Shown one piece after another: positions 37,098-48,000 of a stretch of DNA of 61,446 bases. How positions within the stretch are numbered: the stretch's first letter is position 1; the number at the start of each line of letters is the position of its first letter. This DNA is from Chloroflexota bacterium (GTDB lineage Bacteria > Chloroflexota > Dehalococcoidia > JACPPY01): positions 1 through 61,446 of the forward strand of contig JBFMDE010000002.1 in NCBI GenBank assembly GCA_040754215.1. The letters are read 5' to 3'. Position numbers and translations under genes: made by a program. The notes below the pieces were generated by a model. That model had not been told where the DNA came from, made no database searches, and was given only the letters and a program-made list of their open reading frames with translations.

Positions 37098-37886
37098 ATG
37101 ACAGACGTATTGTTGACTGAACGCAAGGGCCATGTCCTGGTGCTGACACTGAACCGCCCCGAGGCCATGAACTGCTTCAACTTCGCGTTGCTGAATGCGC
37201 TCAGCAGTGCTGTCAAAGCAGCACATTTCGATGCAGAGGTCAGGGCGACGGTCATCACCGGGGCATCGGGGTCGTCGAAGCCGTCCTTCTGCACCGGGGC
37301 CGACCTCGCTGAGAGGAGGACGATGTCGGAGGACGACGTCCGCAGGTTCATATTCACCATAAGCTCGACGTTCGCGGAAGTGGAAAACCTCAGGATGCCC
37401 GTTATCTGTGCCATAAATGGTTTTGCCTTTGGCGGCGGCCTGGAGTTGGCCCTGGCCTGCGACATTCGTGTGGCGGCCTCCAACGCGGTGGTGGGTCTGA
37501 CAGAGACAAGCCTGGCGGTCATTCCAGGTGCCGGCGGCACGCAGCGACTGCCTCGCATAATCGGGGTTGCCAGAGCCAAGGAGATGATATTCATGGCCAA
37601 GCGCATCTCGGCCCAGGAGGCGTTGTCCTATGGGCTGGTGAGCTATGTGGTAGAGCCAGACCAGTTGATGCCGACGTGTCTCGACATGGCGAACAAGATA
37701 GCCAGGAACGGCCCCGTCGCTGTTCAACAGGCGAAGTTCGCCATTAACAAGGGGGCCGAATGCAGCCTGGACATCGGGTTGAAACTGGAGTCAAATGCAT
37801 ACTTCTTGACGATACCCACTGAGGACAGGCTCGAGGGACTCAATGCCTTTAAGGAGAAGCGTGAGCCGGTCTACAAAGGTAAATAG
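37098..37886 (+). CDS. Enoyl-CoA hydratase (crotonase family, methylglutaconyl-CoA hydratase-like)
   Basis: 262 aa. INGFAFGGGLELALACDIRVA and PGAGGTQRLPR motifs. Confidence 0.85.
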   Translation: MTDVLLTERKGHVLVLTLNRPEAMNCFNFALLNALSSAVKAAHFDAEVRATVITGASGSSKPSFCTGADLAERRTMSEDDVRRFIFTISSTFAEVENLRMPVICAINGFAFGGGLELALACDIRVAASNAVVGLTETSLAVIPGAGGTQRLPRIIGVARAKEMIFMAKRISAQEALSYGLVSYVVEPDQLMPTCLDMANKIARNGPVAVQQAKFAINKGAECSLDIGLKLESNAYFLTIPTEDRLEGLNAFKEKREPVYKGK

Positions 37887-37959
37887 TGGGCGTCTCGGAT
37901 GAGCCCGCTGTCACGGAACGAGTGGTCAGGAAGCAAAACCTAGGAGGTAATAAGAAGGA

Positions 37960-38982
37960 ATGGGTCTGAACTACCCGAAGAAGGTAAGACTGGCGGACAT
38001 CACTGTAAGGGATGGCCTCCAACACGAGGAGAAGACCATCCACACGCGAGCAAAGTTGTGGATAGTGGAGCAGGCGGTACTGGCTGGCTTCAAGCGCATT
38101 GAGGTGACGAATCTGGGCAATCCAGTTGGGATGCCACAGTTCGCCGATGCCGACCAGGTGCTGAAGGGGATCAGGCAGAGCAAGACGTTGAAGGACAAGC
38201 TGGCTGGTGTGGAGATCACCGCAGTCACCATAAGGGAACGGGCCATCGAGCGAGCCATAGAGGCGAGGAAAGAGGGCTGGGGCCCAGACCGCATCCTGTT
38301 GATGGTCTCCACGAGCCCATCCCACCACAAGACCAACAGCGGCCTGACGCTGGAAGAGTACTGGGCTATGGCTGAGAAGTACATCCCGCTGGCCCATGAT
38401 GCTGGCATGAAGGTCTGTGGCACGGTGAGCACCATCTGGGGATGCCCCATTGAGGGGCCCACGGAGCTGAAGAAGGCGGTGGAGTTCACCCAGCGCTGGC
38501 TGAAGATCGGAGCCGATGACATCGAACACGCCGACCACGACGGCTCCGCACCGCCCAACAAGGCCTATGAGTACTTCTCCATGGTCCTGGATGCGATGCC
38601 CAACACCGACCTGCACATCGCTCATTTCCATGTGAGCAGGGGCTGGGGTCTGGCCAACGTCCTGGCGGCGATGCATGCCGGCATAGACATCTTCGAGGGC
38701 ACCTTCGGTGGTATTGGCGGGCAGCCGGCGAACTTCGTTGACGGGTATCCGGTGGCCGGCACCGGCAAGTACTACTACGAGGACCCCAACAGGGTGGGGC
38801 TGACGGCGTTGGAAGACATGGTGGTGATGATGGACGAGATGGGAATAGAGCTTGGCCTGGACGTAGACAGGGTGCTGGACATCGGCCGCATGGTGGAGAA
38901 GATCGTGGGTAGGCAGCTCCGCTCTGAGTCCGTCTACCAGGGACGTATCCCGAAGAAGCCGCGGCCACAGTTTGCCAAATAG
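37960..38982 (+). CDS. HMG-CoA-lyase-like DRE-TIM metallolyase (atypical)
   Basis: 340 aa. VRDGLQHE and the HFH metal motif are present, but the usual GGCP signature reads GIGGQPA and is followed by an insertion. Confidence 0.75.
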   Translation: MGLNYPKKVRLADITVRDGLQHEEKTIHTRAKLWIVEQAVLAGFKRIEVTNLGNPVGMPQFADADQVLKGIRQSKTLKDKLAGVEITAVTIRERAIERAIEARKEGWGPDRILLMVSTSPSHHKTNSGLTLEEYWAMAEKYIPLAHDAGMKVCGTVSTIWGCPIEGPTELKKAVEFTQRWLKIGADDIEHADHDGSAPPNKAYEYFSMVLDAMPNTDLHIAHFHVSRGWGLANVLAAMHAGIDIFEGTFGGIGGQPANFVDGYPVAGTGKYYYEDPNRVGLTALEDMVVMMDEMGIELGLDVDRVLDIGRMVEKIVGRQLRSESVYQGRIPKKPRPQFAK

Positions 38983-39004
38983 CTTGAGCTGCAACGCGTA
39001 TGAA

Positions 39005-39035
39005 GGGGGCAGCCCGCCGAGCGCGGGCTGCCCCC
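39005..39035 (+). terminator. Perfect 13-bp GC-rich hairpin after the lyase-like gene (no U-tract)
   Basis: GGGGGCAGCCCGC, loop cgagc, GCGGGCTGCCCCC, located 22 nt after the stop codon. Confidence 0.5.
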
Positions 39036-39072
39036 ATTGACGTTCGGTGTATTGCTATGCCCCGCTCAATCC

Positions 39073-39101
39073 TTGTACCGCTCCTTCTACTTTGGTAACA
39101 T
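39073..39101 (+). promoter_or_regulatory. Candidate promoter for the M50 protease gene
   Basis: TTGTAC (39073-39078), 17 nt spacer including TGG, TAACAT (39096-39101). About 50 nt upstream of the start. Confidence 0.3.
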
Positions 39102-39151
39102 ACGAGAAAGGCGACATTTAACTCCGCTCGTCAGACATGTGAGGCAGGTCA

Positions 39152-40279
39152 ATGCTGGGAAGGTCATTCAGGCTCTTCAGGCTCCTTGGGTTTGAGGTCA
39201 AGGTTGACCTGAGCTGGCTTGTCATCGCAGTGCTCGTCGCATGGTCTCTGGCCCAGGGCCTGTTCCCCTTATGGGCAAAAGGCCTTTCAACAGCCGCATA
39301 CTGGTGGATGGGTGTGGCTGGAGCGCTGGGGCTTTTCGTCTCGATCGTCTTCCATGAGCTTGTCCACTCCCTTGTCGCCAGAAGGTATGGCATCCAGATG
39401 AAGGGGATCACCTTGTTCATCTTCGGTGGTGTTGCCGAGATGGGTGAAGAGCCCGCCAGCCCCAAGGCCGAGTTCATGATGGCTGTTGCCGGCCCGGTCT
39501 CGAGCGTGGCGCTCGGCCTCGTTTTTTGGGGATTCTATCTTATGGGTAGGGCAGTGGCCTGGCCGGTGCCGATAAACGGGGTGCTGGCATATCTTGGGAT
39601 GCTCAATGGCCTCCTGGCCGGGTTCAACCTGCTCCCCGCCTTCCCTCTGGACGGCGGGCGTGTGCTGCGAGCTGGGCTCTGGAAGTGGAAGAAGGACCTG
39701 CTCTCGGCTACCCGCATCGCCTCCTGGGTGGGGTCGGGGTTCGGCATCGTGCTGGTCGGGCTGGGCGTTTTGAGTGTGATCCAGGGGGACTTTATCGGTG
39801 GCATATGGTGGTTCCTGATCGGGATGTTCCTGCGTGGCGCGGCACAGTCCTCCTACCAGCAGGTCGTGATGCGCCATGGTCTGGAGGGCTTAAAGGTCAG
39901 GCGGTTCATGGAGCCGAATGCAGTTGCAGTGCCACCGCATACTACGGTGGCCCAGTTGGTGGACAACTACATCTACAGACACCACTTCAAGATGTTCCCC
40001 GTGGTGGACGATGGCAGGCTCGTAGGCTGTGTCACCCTGCGACAGGTAAAGGATATACCCCGTGCGGAGTGGGACCTTCGCACTGTGGGGGAGCTTGCCA
40101 GGAGTTGCTCTCCGGATAACGCCATCAGTCCGGACGCCGATGCCATCCAGGCCTTGTCCATGATGAGCCGTTCGCAGTCCAGCAGGCTCATGGTAGTGGA
40201 GGGCGACCGCCTTGTCGGCATAATCGCCCTCAAGGATATGCTGGGCTTCCTGTCCTTGAAGAAGGAACTTGAAACGTAA
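39152..40279 (+). CDS. Site-2 protease family (M50) zinc metalloprotease with a CBS-domain pair
   Basis: 375 aa. HELVHS (HExxH) in a membrane helix, a later LPAFPLDGGRV motif and two C-terminal CBS-like repeats. Confidence 0.85.
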   Translation: MLGRSFRLFRLLGFEVKVDLSWLVIAVLVAWSLAQGLFPLWAKGLSTAAYWWMGVAGALGLFVSIVFHELVHSLVARRYGIQMKGITLFIFGGVAEMGEEPASPKAEFMMAVAGPVSSVALGLVFWGFYLMGRAVAWPVPINGVLAYLGMLNGLLAGFNLLPAFPLDGGRVLRAGLWKWKKDLLSATRIASWVGSGFGIVLVGLGVLSVIQGDFIGGIWWFLIGMFLRGAAQSSYQQVVMRHGLEGLKVRRFMEPNAVAVPPHTTVAQLVDNYIYRHHFKMFPVVDDGRLVGCVTLRQVKDIPRAEWDLRTVGELARSCSPDNAISPDADAIQALSMMSRSQSSRLMVVEGDRLVGIIALKDMLGFLSLKKELET

Positions 40280-40332
40280 GACGGTTGGAATGGCTCCGGC
40301 CTGTTTTTGATGTTCGTTAGGAGGTCTTCAGA

Positions 40333-40512
40333 ATGACAACGGAGAAAGAGGATGTGAAGTGCCCTTGGTGCGGAACGGTTCAGCCAGTGGCTGAGTTCAA
40401 GGTCAACACCAAAGACCATGGACATGGGGCCATAACGGAGAGAAGGTGCGGCAGGTGCGGGAAGGTGATGGCGGCCTACCTGGAGTCAGAGGGAAGCTTC
40501 CTACCAAGATAA
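40333..40512 (+). CDS. Small zinc-ribbon protein (59 aa), absent from the ORF track
   Basis: ATG 40333 lies 10 nt after AGGAGG. Translation is MTTEKEDVKCPWCGTVQ...RRCGRCGKVMAAYLESEGSFLPR, with two CxxC pairs. It fills the gap between flanking genes. Confidence 0.55.
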   Translation: MTTEKEDVKCPWCGTVQPVAEFKVNTKDHGHGAITERRCGRCGKVMAAYLESEGSFLPR

Positions 40513-40540
40513 GGACGTTCTAGCGTTGAGAGGAGAGGCC

Positions 40541-41770
40541 ATGCCTGATTACACAGACATCCAGGCGGCAAGGGTCGCTGAGAGTGTAATTGACGATAAG
40601 ACGCTTGCCGAATGGCAAGAGAGGGTCGGGCTCGAGCTGCGGGTGAGCAATACCTGGAACCAGAACGTCTCGTATGAGTCGGTGAGGAGGTTCGCCGATG
40701 GCATTGGCGACGCCAACCCGTTGTACCGGGACGAGGCGTATGCCAGGGAGACGAGGTATGGGGCGCTGGTGGCATCGCCGGCGTGGACAGCCAGCGTGTT
40801 TCCCCACTGGGTGCTGCAGGGTCTGCCTGGCATTCATGCCGACCACTCGGCTTCAAACTGGGAGTTCCTCAGGCCGGTATACGTGAATGACAAGATCACG
40901 CCCAAGTGCTACTTCGTCGGCTTCGACGTCAAGACCAGCAGGTTCGCTGGCAAGACGGTGTTCGAATACCAGAGGTTTGAGTACTGGAACCAGCGAGACG
41001 AGTTGGTCAGCCGCGGACACAACCTCTTGGTGCGGTACGAGAGGCAGGCGGCTAGAGGCGCGTCAGACAAGGGTGCCGGCAAATATGACCACATCCAGTT
41101 GCCTCACCCCTGGACGGACGAGGAACTCGAAAAGGTAGACCGGGATACCCTGGCGGAGGAAATACGGGGTGCGAAGGAGCGTTACTGGGAGGATGTGAAG
41201 GTGGATGATGAACTCGTGCCTGTGGTGAAAGGACCGTACGGCATGACCGACATCATCGCCTACTGCGCCGGCGCCTCCCCGGTACAACTCGGGGCGCACG
41301 GCGTCCAGCTCCGGCTATACAAGAAACACCCAGCATGGGGCTTCCGCGACCCGGTGAGCCGTGCCTGGGAGCCCATCTATGGTGTCCACTACCTGCATTC
41401 GGCGGCCAGGGGGGTTGGCGCTCGATACGCTTATGATGTAGGCATCCAGAGGCACTGCTGGCTGGTCAACCTGCTCACCAACTGGGTTGGCGATGAGGGT
41501 TGGGTCAAGAAATGCTACGCGGAGTACCGCCAGTTCGTGTACCATTCGGACGTAGTGTGGCTCAAGGGCAAGGTAGTCCGCAAGTATGTGGACGAAGACG
41601 GAGAGCACTGCGTGGACATCGAGACGCACGGCATCAACCAGAGGGGAGATGACACCATGCCCGGCGAGGCTACAGTGGCTCTGCCTTCGAAGAAGGGTGA
41701 TAGTCCGGTGCAGCGGAGGTTGCCTTCATCCGAGTACCGGGGCACGGGCAAGGGCGTGTACTTCCCATAG
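40541..41770 (+). CDS. Double hot-dog fold MaoC-like acyl-CoA (de)hydratase
   Basis: ATG 40541 follows GAGAGGAGAGG. 409 aa. The N-half has a FAS1/MaoC-dehydratase-like motif (VRRFADGIGDANPLY) and the C-half resembles a second hot-dog domain. Confidence 0.65.
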   Translation: MPDYTDIQAARVAESVIDDKTLAEWQERVGLELRVSNTWNQNVSYESVRRFADGIGDANPLYRDEAYARETRYGALVASPAWTASVFPHWVLQGLPGIHADHSASNWEFLRPVYVNDKITPKCYFVGFDVKTSRFAGKTVFEYQRFEYWNQRDELVSRGHNLLVRYERQAARGASDKGAGKYDHIQLPHPWTDEELEKVDRDTLAEEIRGAKERYWEDVKVDDELVPVVKGPYGMTDIIAYCAGASPVQLGAHGVQLRLYKKHPAWGFRDPVSRAWEPIYGVHYLHSAARGVGARYAYDVGIQRHCWLVNLLTNWVGDEGWVKKCYAEYRQFVYHSDVVWLKGKVVRKYVDEDGEHCVDIETHGINQRGDDTMPGEATVALPSKKGDSPVQRRLPSSEYRGTGKGVYFP

Positions 41771-41960
41771 GGCCGATTGCCTGCCGACGAACGCATGCCG
41801 CGGGCATGAAGTTCAGTGAAGGCAATATCAGTCAACGGACTTTGAAGTGTCCGCTGCATGTCCTCGGTCTCCTCTTCACGACCTATGTCTGTCACCTGCG
41901 GTTTCATGAGGTTAATACCCCCTGTGGTCTTGGGACATCAAGACTTATGTCCAACAAGTA

Positions 41961-41989
41961 TTGACGCGTCCCTCCTGGAGTGGTAGTCT
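41961..41989 (+). promoter_or_regulatory. Candidate promoter for the Rhs gene
   Basis: TTGACG (41961-41966), 17 nt spacer ending in TGG, TAGTCT (41984-41989). GGCAGGAGGTGG lies before ATG 42056. Confidence 0.35.
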
Positions 41990-42055
41990 GATATGGTCTG
42001 CATCGGCTGACGCCCCCACAGACCACCCGACAGTGACTCGGCAGGAGGTGGTTCG

Positions 42056-45000
42056 ATGTCCAGGTGGTGTCCGCGGTGGTCGAAGTGTCTCTCTATCGTC
42101 CTGGTCTTAGCCCTGGTAGTCCAGCTCATCCCCTCTGTCGCAGGGGCATCTGTCGTATCCCGCGTTGCATCCTCGGTCCATTCCCTGCTGACCAGCGCCT
42201 CTGGAGATGGCCTCCAGCTTACCGACGGTCCTGCTAGCTCAGCCGGATTGGCGCGCCAGAGGCTACCCAAACCACCGAGCCCGCCAAAGCCACCGCAGCC
42301 AGCAATCCCGCCCGAACCCTCGGTCTCCGTGGAGGTGCTGCCCGACCAGCCCGCCGAGCTTGTCTCCACCACCGGACAGGTCAGGGTCTCCTTCCCCACC
42401 GGGGCGGTCGCCGAGAAAGTGACGGCTACATACACCCCCGTGCCATCCGAGTCCACGGCCGGCCCCGTACTCTTCAAGGTATTCAGGCTCGAGGCCATGT
42501 CGGCCAGCGGCGCCACCGCCGTCACCAGCTTCGGCAAGGAGCTGGAGATAAGCCTCAGCTACACCGACAAGGACATCGCCGGTCTCGACCCCAGGACGCT
42601 GATGCTCTACTACTTCGACGAGGTCAAGGCGGACTGGGTACAGCTGCCTTCCAAGGTAGACGCCTCGGCCCATAGGGTGACCGCCAGCACCGATCACTTC
42701 ACCGTCTATGGCGGAGGCGCCATACCTGCCTACTCCATCCCCGGCACCATCATGGACTTCCAGGCCGACCTGCATTCGGGGACCGCGACGGCCAGATACC
42801 CCATCGAGCTTCCACCGGGCCCCGGCACCTTCCAGCCCGAGCTGACGCTCACCTACAACTCCGGCTCTGTGGACGAGATGAAGAGCAAGCGGGACGTCGG
42901 CTCCTGGGTGGGCATGGGCTGGACGCTGCACTGGAGCCGCGTGTTCTACAACGAGGACGAGGACAAGTACTTCCTGGAGTTCAACGGTGCCTCCTACGAG
43001 CTGATACTGGGCACGGACGGCATATACCGGATGCAGGGCCAGTTCTGGAAGATGACCAAGCCAAATGGCACCACCTTTGAGCTGTGGGACACCGACGGCA
43101 CCTACTACCGCTTCGGCGGCACCACGGACTCCGTCCAGTACCGTGTTACCGATGGCAATACCGTCAACTATAGGTATGACCTGAGCCTGGCCGAGGACGT
43201 CCACGGCAACCAGATGACTGTCACCTACTCCCAGGACGTGTGGAACGGGGACGTGCGCTCGGCCTACCCCCTGGACATCCACTACGGCGTGGGCAGCGCG
43301 GTCAACGTGCACTTCAACTCCAGCTTCGACATCACCGGCGACCCCACCGACGGCAACCTGAGAGACGACAACCCCAGGAGCACCCCGGCCAACCCGGCGC
43401 CCGAGATAATGGAGAACAAGAAGCTGACCTCCATCGAGGTCAAGGTGAGCGGCAGCCAGGTGCGCAAGTACGAGTTCGCCTACAACACCACCGACAGCTA
43501 CTACTCCGCCGACTACGGCGGCATTTACTATGCCGGCACGCACACTCTCTCCTCCATCACGCAGAAGGGCACCGGCGCCGAGTCCCTTCCCGCCATGACC
43601 TTCTCCTACCAGAACAAGTACATCCGCTACTACAACTCCTCGGGCAGCGTCACCGCTTCGCTGAGCTGGCCTCACCTCTATCAGGCCAACAGCGGCTTCG
43701 GCGCCACGGTCAGCTACACCTATGCCGAGAGGCCGAGCGCCCCTGCCTACAGCATCTGGACGCGGGAGGTGGTGACCCAGAGGCAGCTGAACCCCGGCAT
43801 CGGCTCCACACAGATCACCGCCTATACCTACGTCGGCTACCCCAAGATATACCTCGACCCTGCCCTGCCCGACTACTCCAACATGGCATACCGTGGCTTC
43901 GACCAGGTGGAGGAGGCGGACGCCGCGGGCAACGTCACCAGGCACTTCTTCTACACCAACGGCTACTACTTGGTAAACAACCCCCTGGGCTGGCCGGAAG
44001 AGAAGTGGGCTTTCGACCTTCCAGGCCGGGAGTACCAGACCCACTGGCTGGAGAAGGGGCTGGTGGTGAGGACGTCCTTCCGCGACTGGACGACCGTCTG
44101 GGACGGCACTGTGGACCACCCCATCCTGCATGGCGTCGGAGAGGTCCAGGGAGACGAGGTGGCCTGGACCTACTACTGGTACGACGCCTATGGCAACGTC
44201 GTCCGGGAGCAGCGGTACGGCGACGCGGAGCAGAGCGGGGACGAGAGCACCGTCTTCCGCGTGTACTACCCCAACACCACCGACTGGGTCGTCAACAGGG
44301 TGGCCAGGGAGAGCATCTACAGCGGGGAGCTGTCCACCGAGCCGCCCGACGGCATCGGGCTGAAGCAGCGGACGTACTACTACTATGATGGCAACAACAG
44401 CGACCCGACCGTGCCGCCCACCAAGGGCGACCTCACCAGAGTCGCGCAGTGCCTCAGCGCCTCGATCCTGGGGCCCTCGTTCTACTATACCTACGACAGC
44501 TACGGGAACAGGACGAGCGAGCAGGACCCCAATGGCAACACCACCTCCTATACCATAGATACCACCTACTATACCTATGTCGCCAGGAAGACCTACCCCG
44601 CCGTGGGGGGCTCGCCGGCCATGTACGAGGACTACACCTGGGACTACGTGCTGGGCAGGCCGCTGAGCGTGACCGACGTCAACGGCCAGGTCACCTCCTA
44701 CGAGTACGACACCCTGGGCCGGAGGACCAAGGAGATACGGCCGGGCGACAGCTCCGCCAGCGCCACCGTGAAGTACACCTACGTCTCCTGGGGCACCATC
44801 AACTCGCAGCACGTCAAGTCGGAGCAGAAGGTGGCGGAGGGCGACTACCTGTGGCAGAAGACCTACTTCGACGGGGCGGGCCGCGTGGTGCAGGTGCAGG
44901 CCCGAGCCGAGGACAACAAGAGCATAGTCTCCTCCACCACCGCCTACAGCAACCGCGGCCTGGTGGAGAAGAGCTACGCCCCCTGGATGCTGGCCTCGGA

Positions 45001-48000
45001 GCAGAGCCAGTACCAGGCGCCCGGGAGTTCCCAGCCCTACGACTCGTACGAGTACGATGCCCTGGGCAGGGCCGTCTCGACGGAGAAAGCGGACGGCACC
45101 ATATCTGGCACCGACTACATGGGCCCCTGGGAACAGGCGGCCACCGACGAGAAGGGGGCCAGGAAGAGCTACAGCTACGACGCCTTCGGCCAACTGGCCC
45201 AGGTGAAGGAGTACGACCTGCCACCGACGTACCTCAGCCAGTTCGGCGGCCCGGCAGAGCTATCCGGCCCTCAAGGGATATCCGCGGTCAGGGGTGGGCT
45301 GACCTTCGTCGCCGACACCGGCAACCACCGCGTCCAGAAGTACTCCGGCGGCGTGCTCAAGGGGTCGGTGGGCAGCTATGGCAGTGGCGACGAGCAGTTC
45401 AAGTCACCCTACGATGTGGAGGTCACCGGCGACGGGCGGTACTTCTATGTCGCCGATACCACCAACAACCGGGTGGCCCAGTGGTCCAACGAGGTCTACG
45501 AGCTCCTCCAGTTCGGCAGCTACGGGGAGGCCTCCCGCCAGTTCAACACTCCCAGGGGCGTGGCGCTGAACTCGGCTGGGAATGTGGTGTTTGTTGCGGA
45601 TACCTACAACAACCGCGTTGTCAGGTATAACTCCGCCGGCACCTACTACACCAAGTGGGGCAGCTCTGGCGAGGGCGACGGGCAGTTCAACTGGCCCTAC
45701 GATGTCGCCGTGGACAGCTCCAGCTACGTGTACGTCGTTGACAACGGCAACAACCGCATCCAGAAGTTCAACGTCATAGGCGGCTTCATCGCCAAGTGGG
45801 GCGAGTACGGGAGCGGGGACGGCCAGTTCTGCTATCCCGAGGGCATCGCCTTCGGCAACAGCTACATCTACGTGGTCGACACTCAGAACTTCCGCGTGCA
45901 GTACTTCACCACCTCGGGCACGTATGTGGGCCAGTGGGGCAGCGAGGGCTATGGCGAGGGAGAGTTCGTATGGCCAACGGACGTCGCGGTGGCCCCCGAC
46001 GGCTATGTGTACGTGGCCGACTGGTGGGGCATACAGAAGTTCACCTCCACGGGCGGCTTCGTCGCCAGGTGGCTCAACGACACCCCCATTGACGGCGAGT
46101 ACTGGTACCCCCAGCACATCGCCGTGGACGGCAGCGGGAAGGTCTACGTGACGGACTACGGCAACCGGGCCCTGGTCTTCGACTCCAGCGGAAACTTCAT
46201 CGAGAAATGGGGCAGGCCGGGCTACGACGAGGGCGAATTCAACAGGCCCCTTGGCATCGCCTACGACCGGACGAACGACAAGGTCTGGGTGGCCGACAGC
46301 AACAACCACCGGGTGCAGAAGTTCGAGGCCGCCACCAGGTTCGTCAGGAAGTGGGGCAGCTATGGCACAGGCAACGGCTATTTCAGGTCTCCCAAGGGTA
46401 TCGGGGTAGACGATGCCGGCAACGTCTACATGGCCGATACCGACAACAACCGCATCCAGAAGTTCGATTCTGCGGGCACCTATGTCACCAAATGGGGCAC
46501 CCTGGGCTCCGGCAACGGGCAGTTCAACAAGCCCTGGGACGTGGCCGTGGACTACAGCGGCTACGTGTACGCGGTGGACAAGGACAACAACCGGGTGCAG
46601 AAGTTCACCTCAACGGGGACCTTCATCACCAAATGGGACGTCACCAACCCTACCAGGCTCGCCATTGATGGCGCGGGCTACGTCTACGTGTCCAGCGCCT
46701 CGGCGAACCAGGTGCAGAAGTTCACCCCGGAAGGGGGCCTGCTATTAACATGGGGCACCGGTGGCACTGGCAACGGCGAGTTCAACAGCCCGCAGGGCAT
46801 CACCCTGACCGGGGACAGCCTGAGCGAGCTCCAGGTGGTGGACAGCGGCAACAACCGCGTGCAGTGCTTCGACGGCATGGGTACGTCCTACTCCACAACG
46901 AGCTACTCCTACGATGTGCTGGGCAACCTCACCCAGGCGGTGGACAACGCCAGCAACACCACCACCATCAGCTACAACATGCTCTCCCGCAAGACGGGGA
47001 TGTCAGACCCCGACATGGGGAGTTGGAGCTACGCCTACGATGACAACGGCAACCTCACCAGCCAGACCGATGCCAGGAGTCAGACGCTCACCTTCGAATA
47101 CGATGCCCTGAACCGTTTGACAGCGAGGAAGAACGGTGCCAACACCCTGGCGAGCTACACCTATGACAGCACCACTGGCGGGAACATGGGCAAGGGTCGC
47201 CGCACCGGAATGACGGACGCCGGCGGCTCGGCCACCTACGTCTACGATGCACGCGGGCGCACGACCAAGGAGGACCGCGTCATAGATAGCGTCACCTACA
47301 CCACGGAGTACGCCTACGACCCGGCGGACCGCGTCTCCACTATTACCTACCCCACCAACGAGGTGGTGACGCAGGCCTACAACGCCCGCGGGCTGCCCTA
47401 CTCCCTGTCAGGCTCGGTGGCGGGGACGCTGGTGAGCGCCGCCTCCTACAACCAACTCGGCCAGACGGGCCAGGTAGACCTGGGCAACGGGCTGCGCACG
47501 GTGTTCAACTACCATGGGCTGGACACGCTGGACGGGGGCGACCCCTCCAGCTACTACGGCAAGCTCTACCGCATCAAGGCATACAAGGTCTCCGACAGCA
47601 CCGAGCGCCTGCACCTCAAGTACTGGTGGGACGCCGCAGGGAACCTGACTTCGCGCAAGGACGTGATGGCCTCCGAGACAGAGGGCTTCTCCTACGACTT
47701 CCTCGACCGGCTCACCGGCGCCAGCGGGCCGTACACGGAGTCGTACGCCTACAACGCCATAGGGAACATGACGAGCAAGAACGGCGTGAGCTACACCTAT
47801 GGCACAAAGCCCCACGCTGTGACCGGCGTGGGCAGCTACACGAATACCTATGATGCCAACGGCAACATGCTCACCCGCCAGAACGCCACCGGCAGTCAGG
47901 CGCTGACCTGGGACGTGGAGAGCCACCTCTCCCGGGTAGAGGGCACAGGCGGGGGCTACTCGGGCACCACCACCTTCGTCTACGACGGCGACGGCAACCG

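Noticed and set aside
42263-45193. 976-aa minus-strand ORF (plus 45404..46309 and 47408..48157) antisense to the Rhs gene
   Set aside because: The translation is low-complexity and rich in Gly/Val/Ala/Arg/His, with no recognisable motifs. Long stop-free antisense frames are expected opposite a strongly GC3-biased gene. The plus-strand protein has unmistakable YD, NHL and Rhs-core motifs.
43240-45630. Alternative-frame plus-strand ORFs inside the Rhs gene (43240..44388, 44449..45630 and smaller ones)
   Set aside because: These are Arg/Pro/Gly-rich off-frame translations of the same strand. They have no start context or domain signatures and are artefacts of GC-rich sequence.
45240-46875. Regular ~135-nt periodicity with recurring 21-mers, considered as a possible CRISPR-like or satellite array
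   Set aside because: The periodicity is in frame and encodes NHL propeller blades. The sequences between the conserved 21-mers are homologous to one another, not unique spacers, and there are no cas genes.
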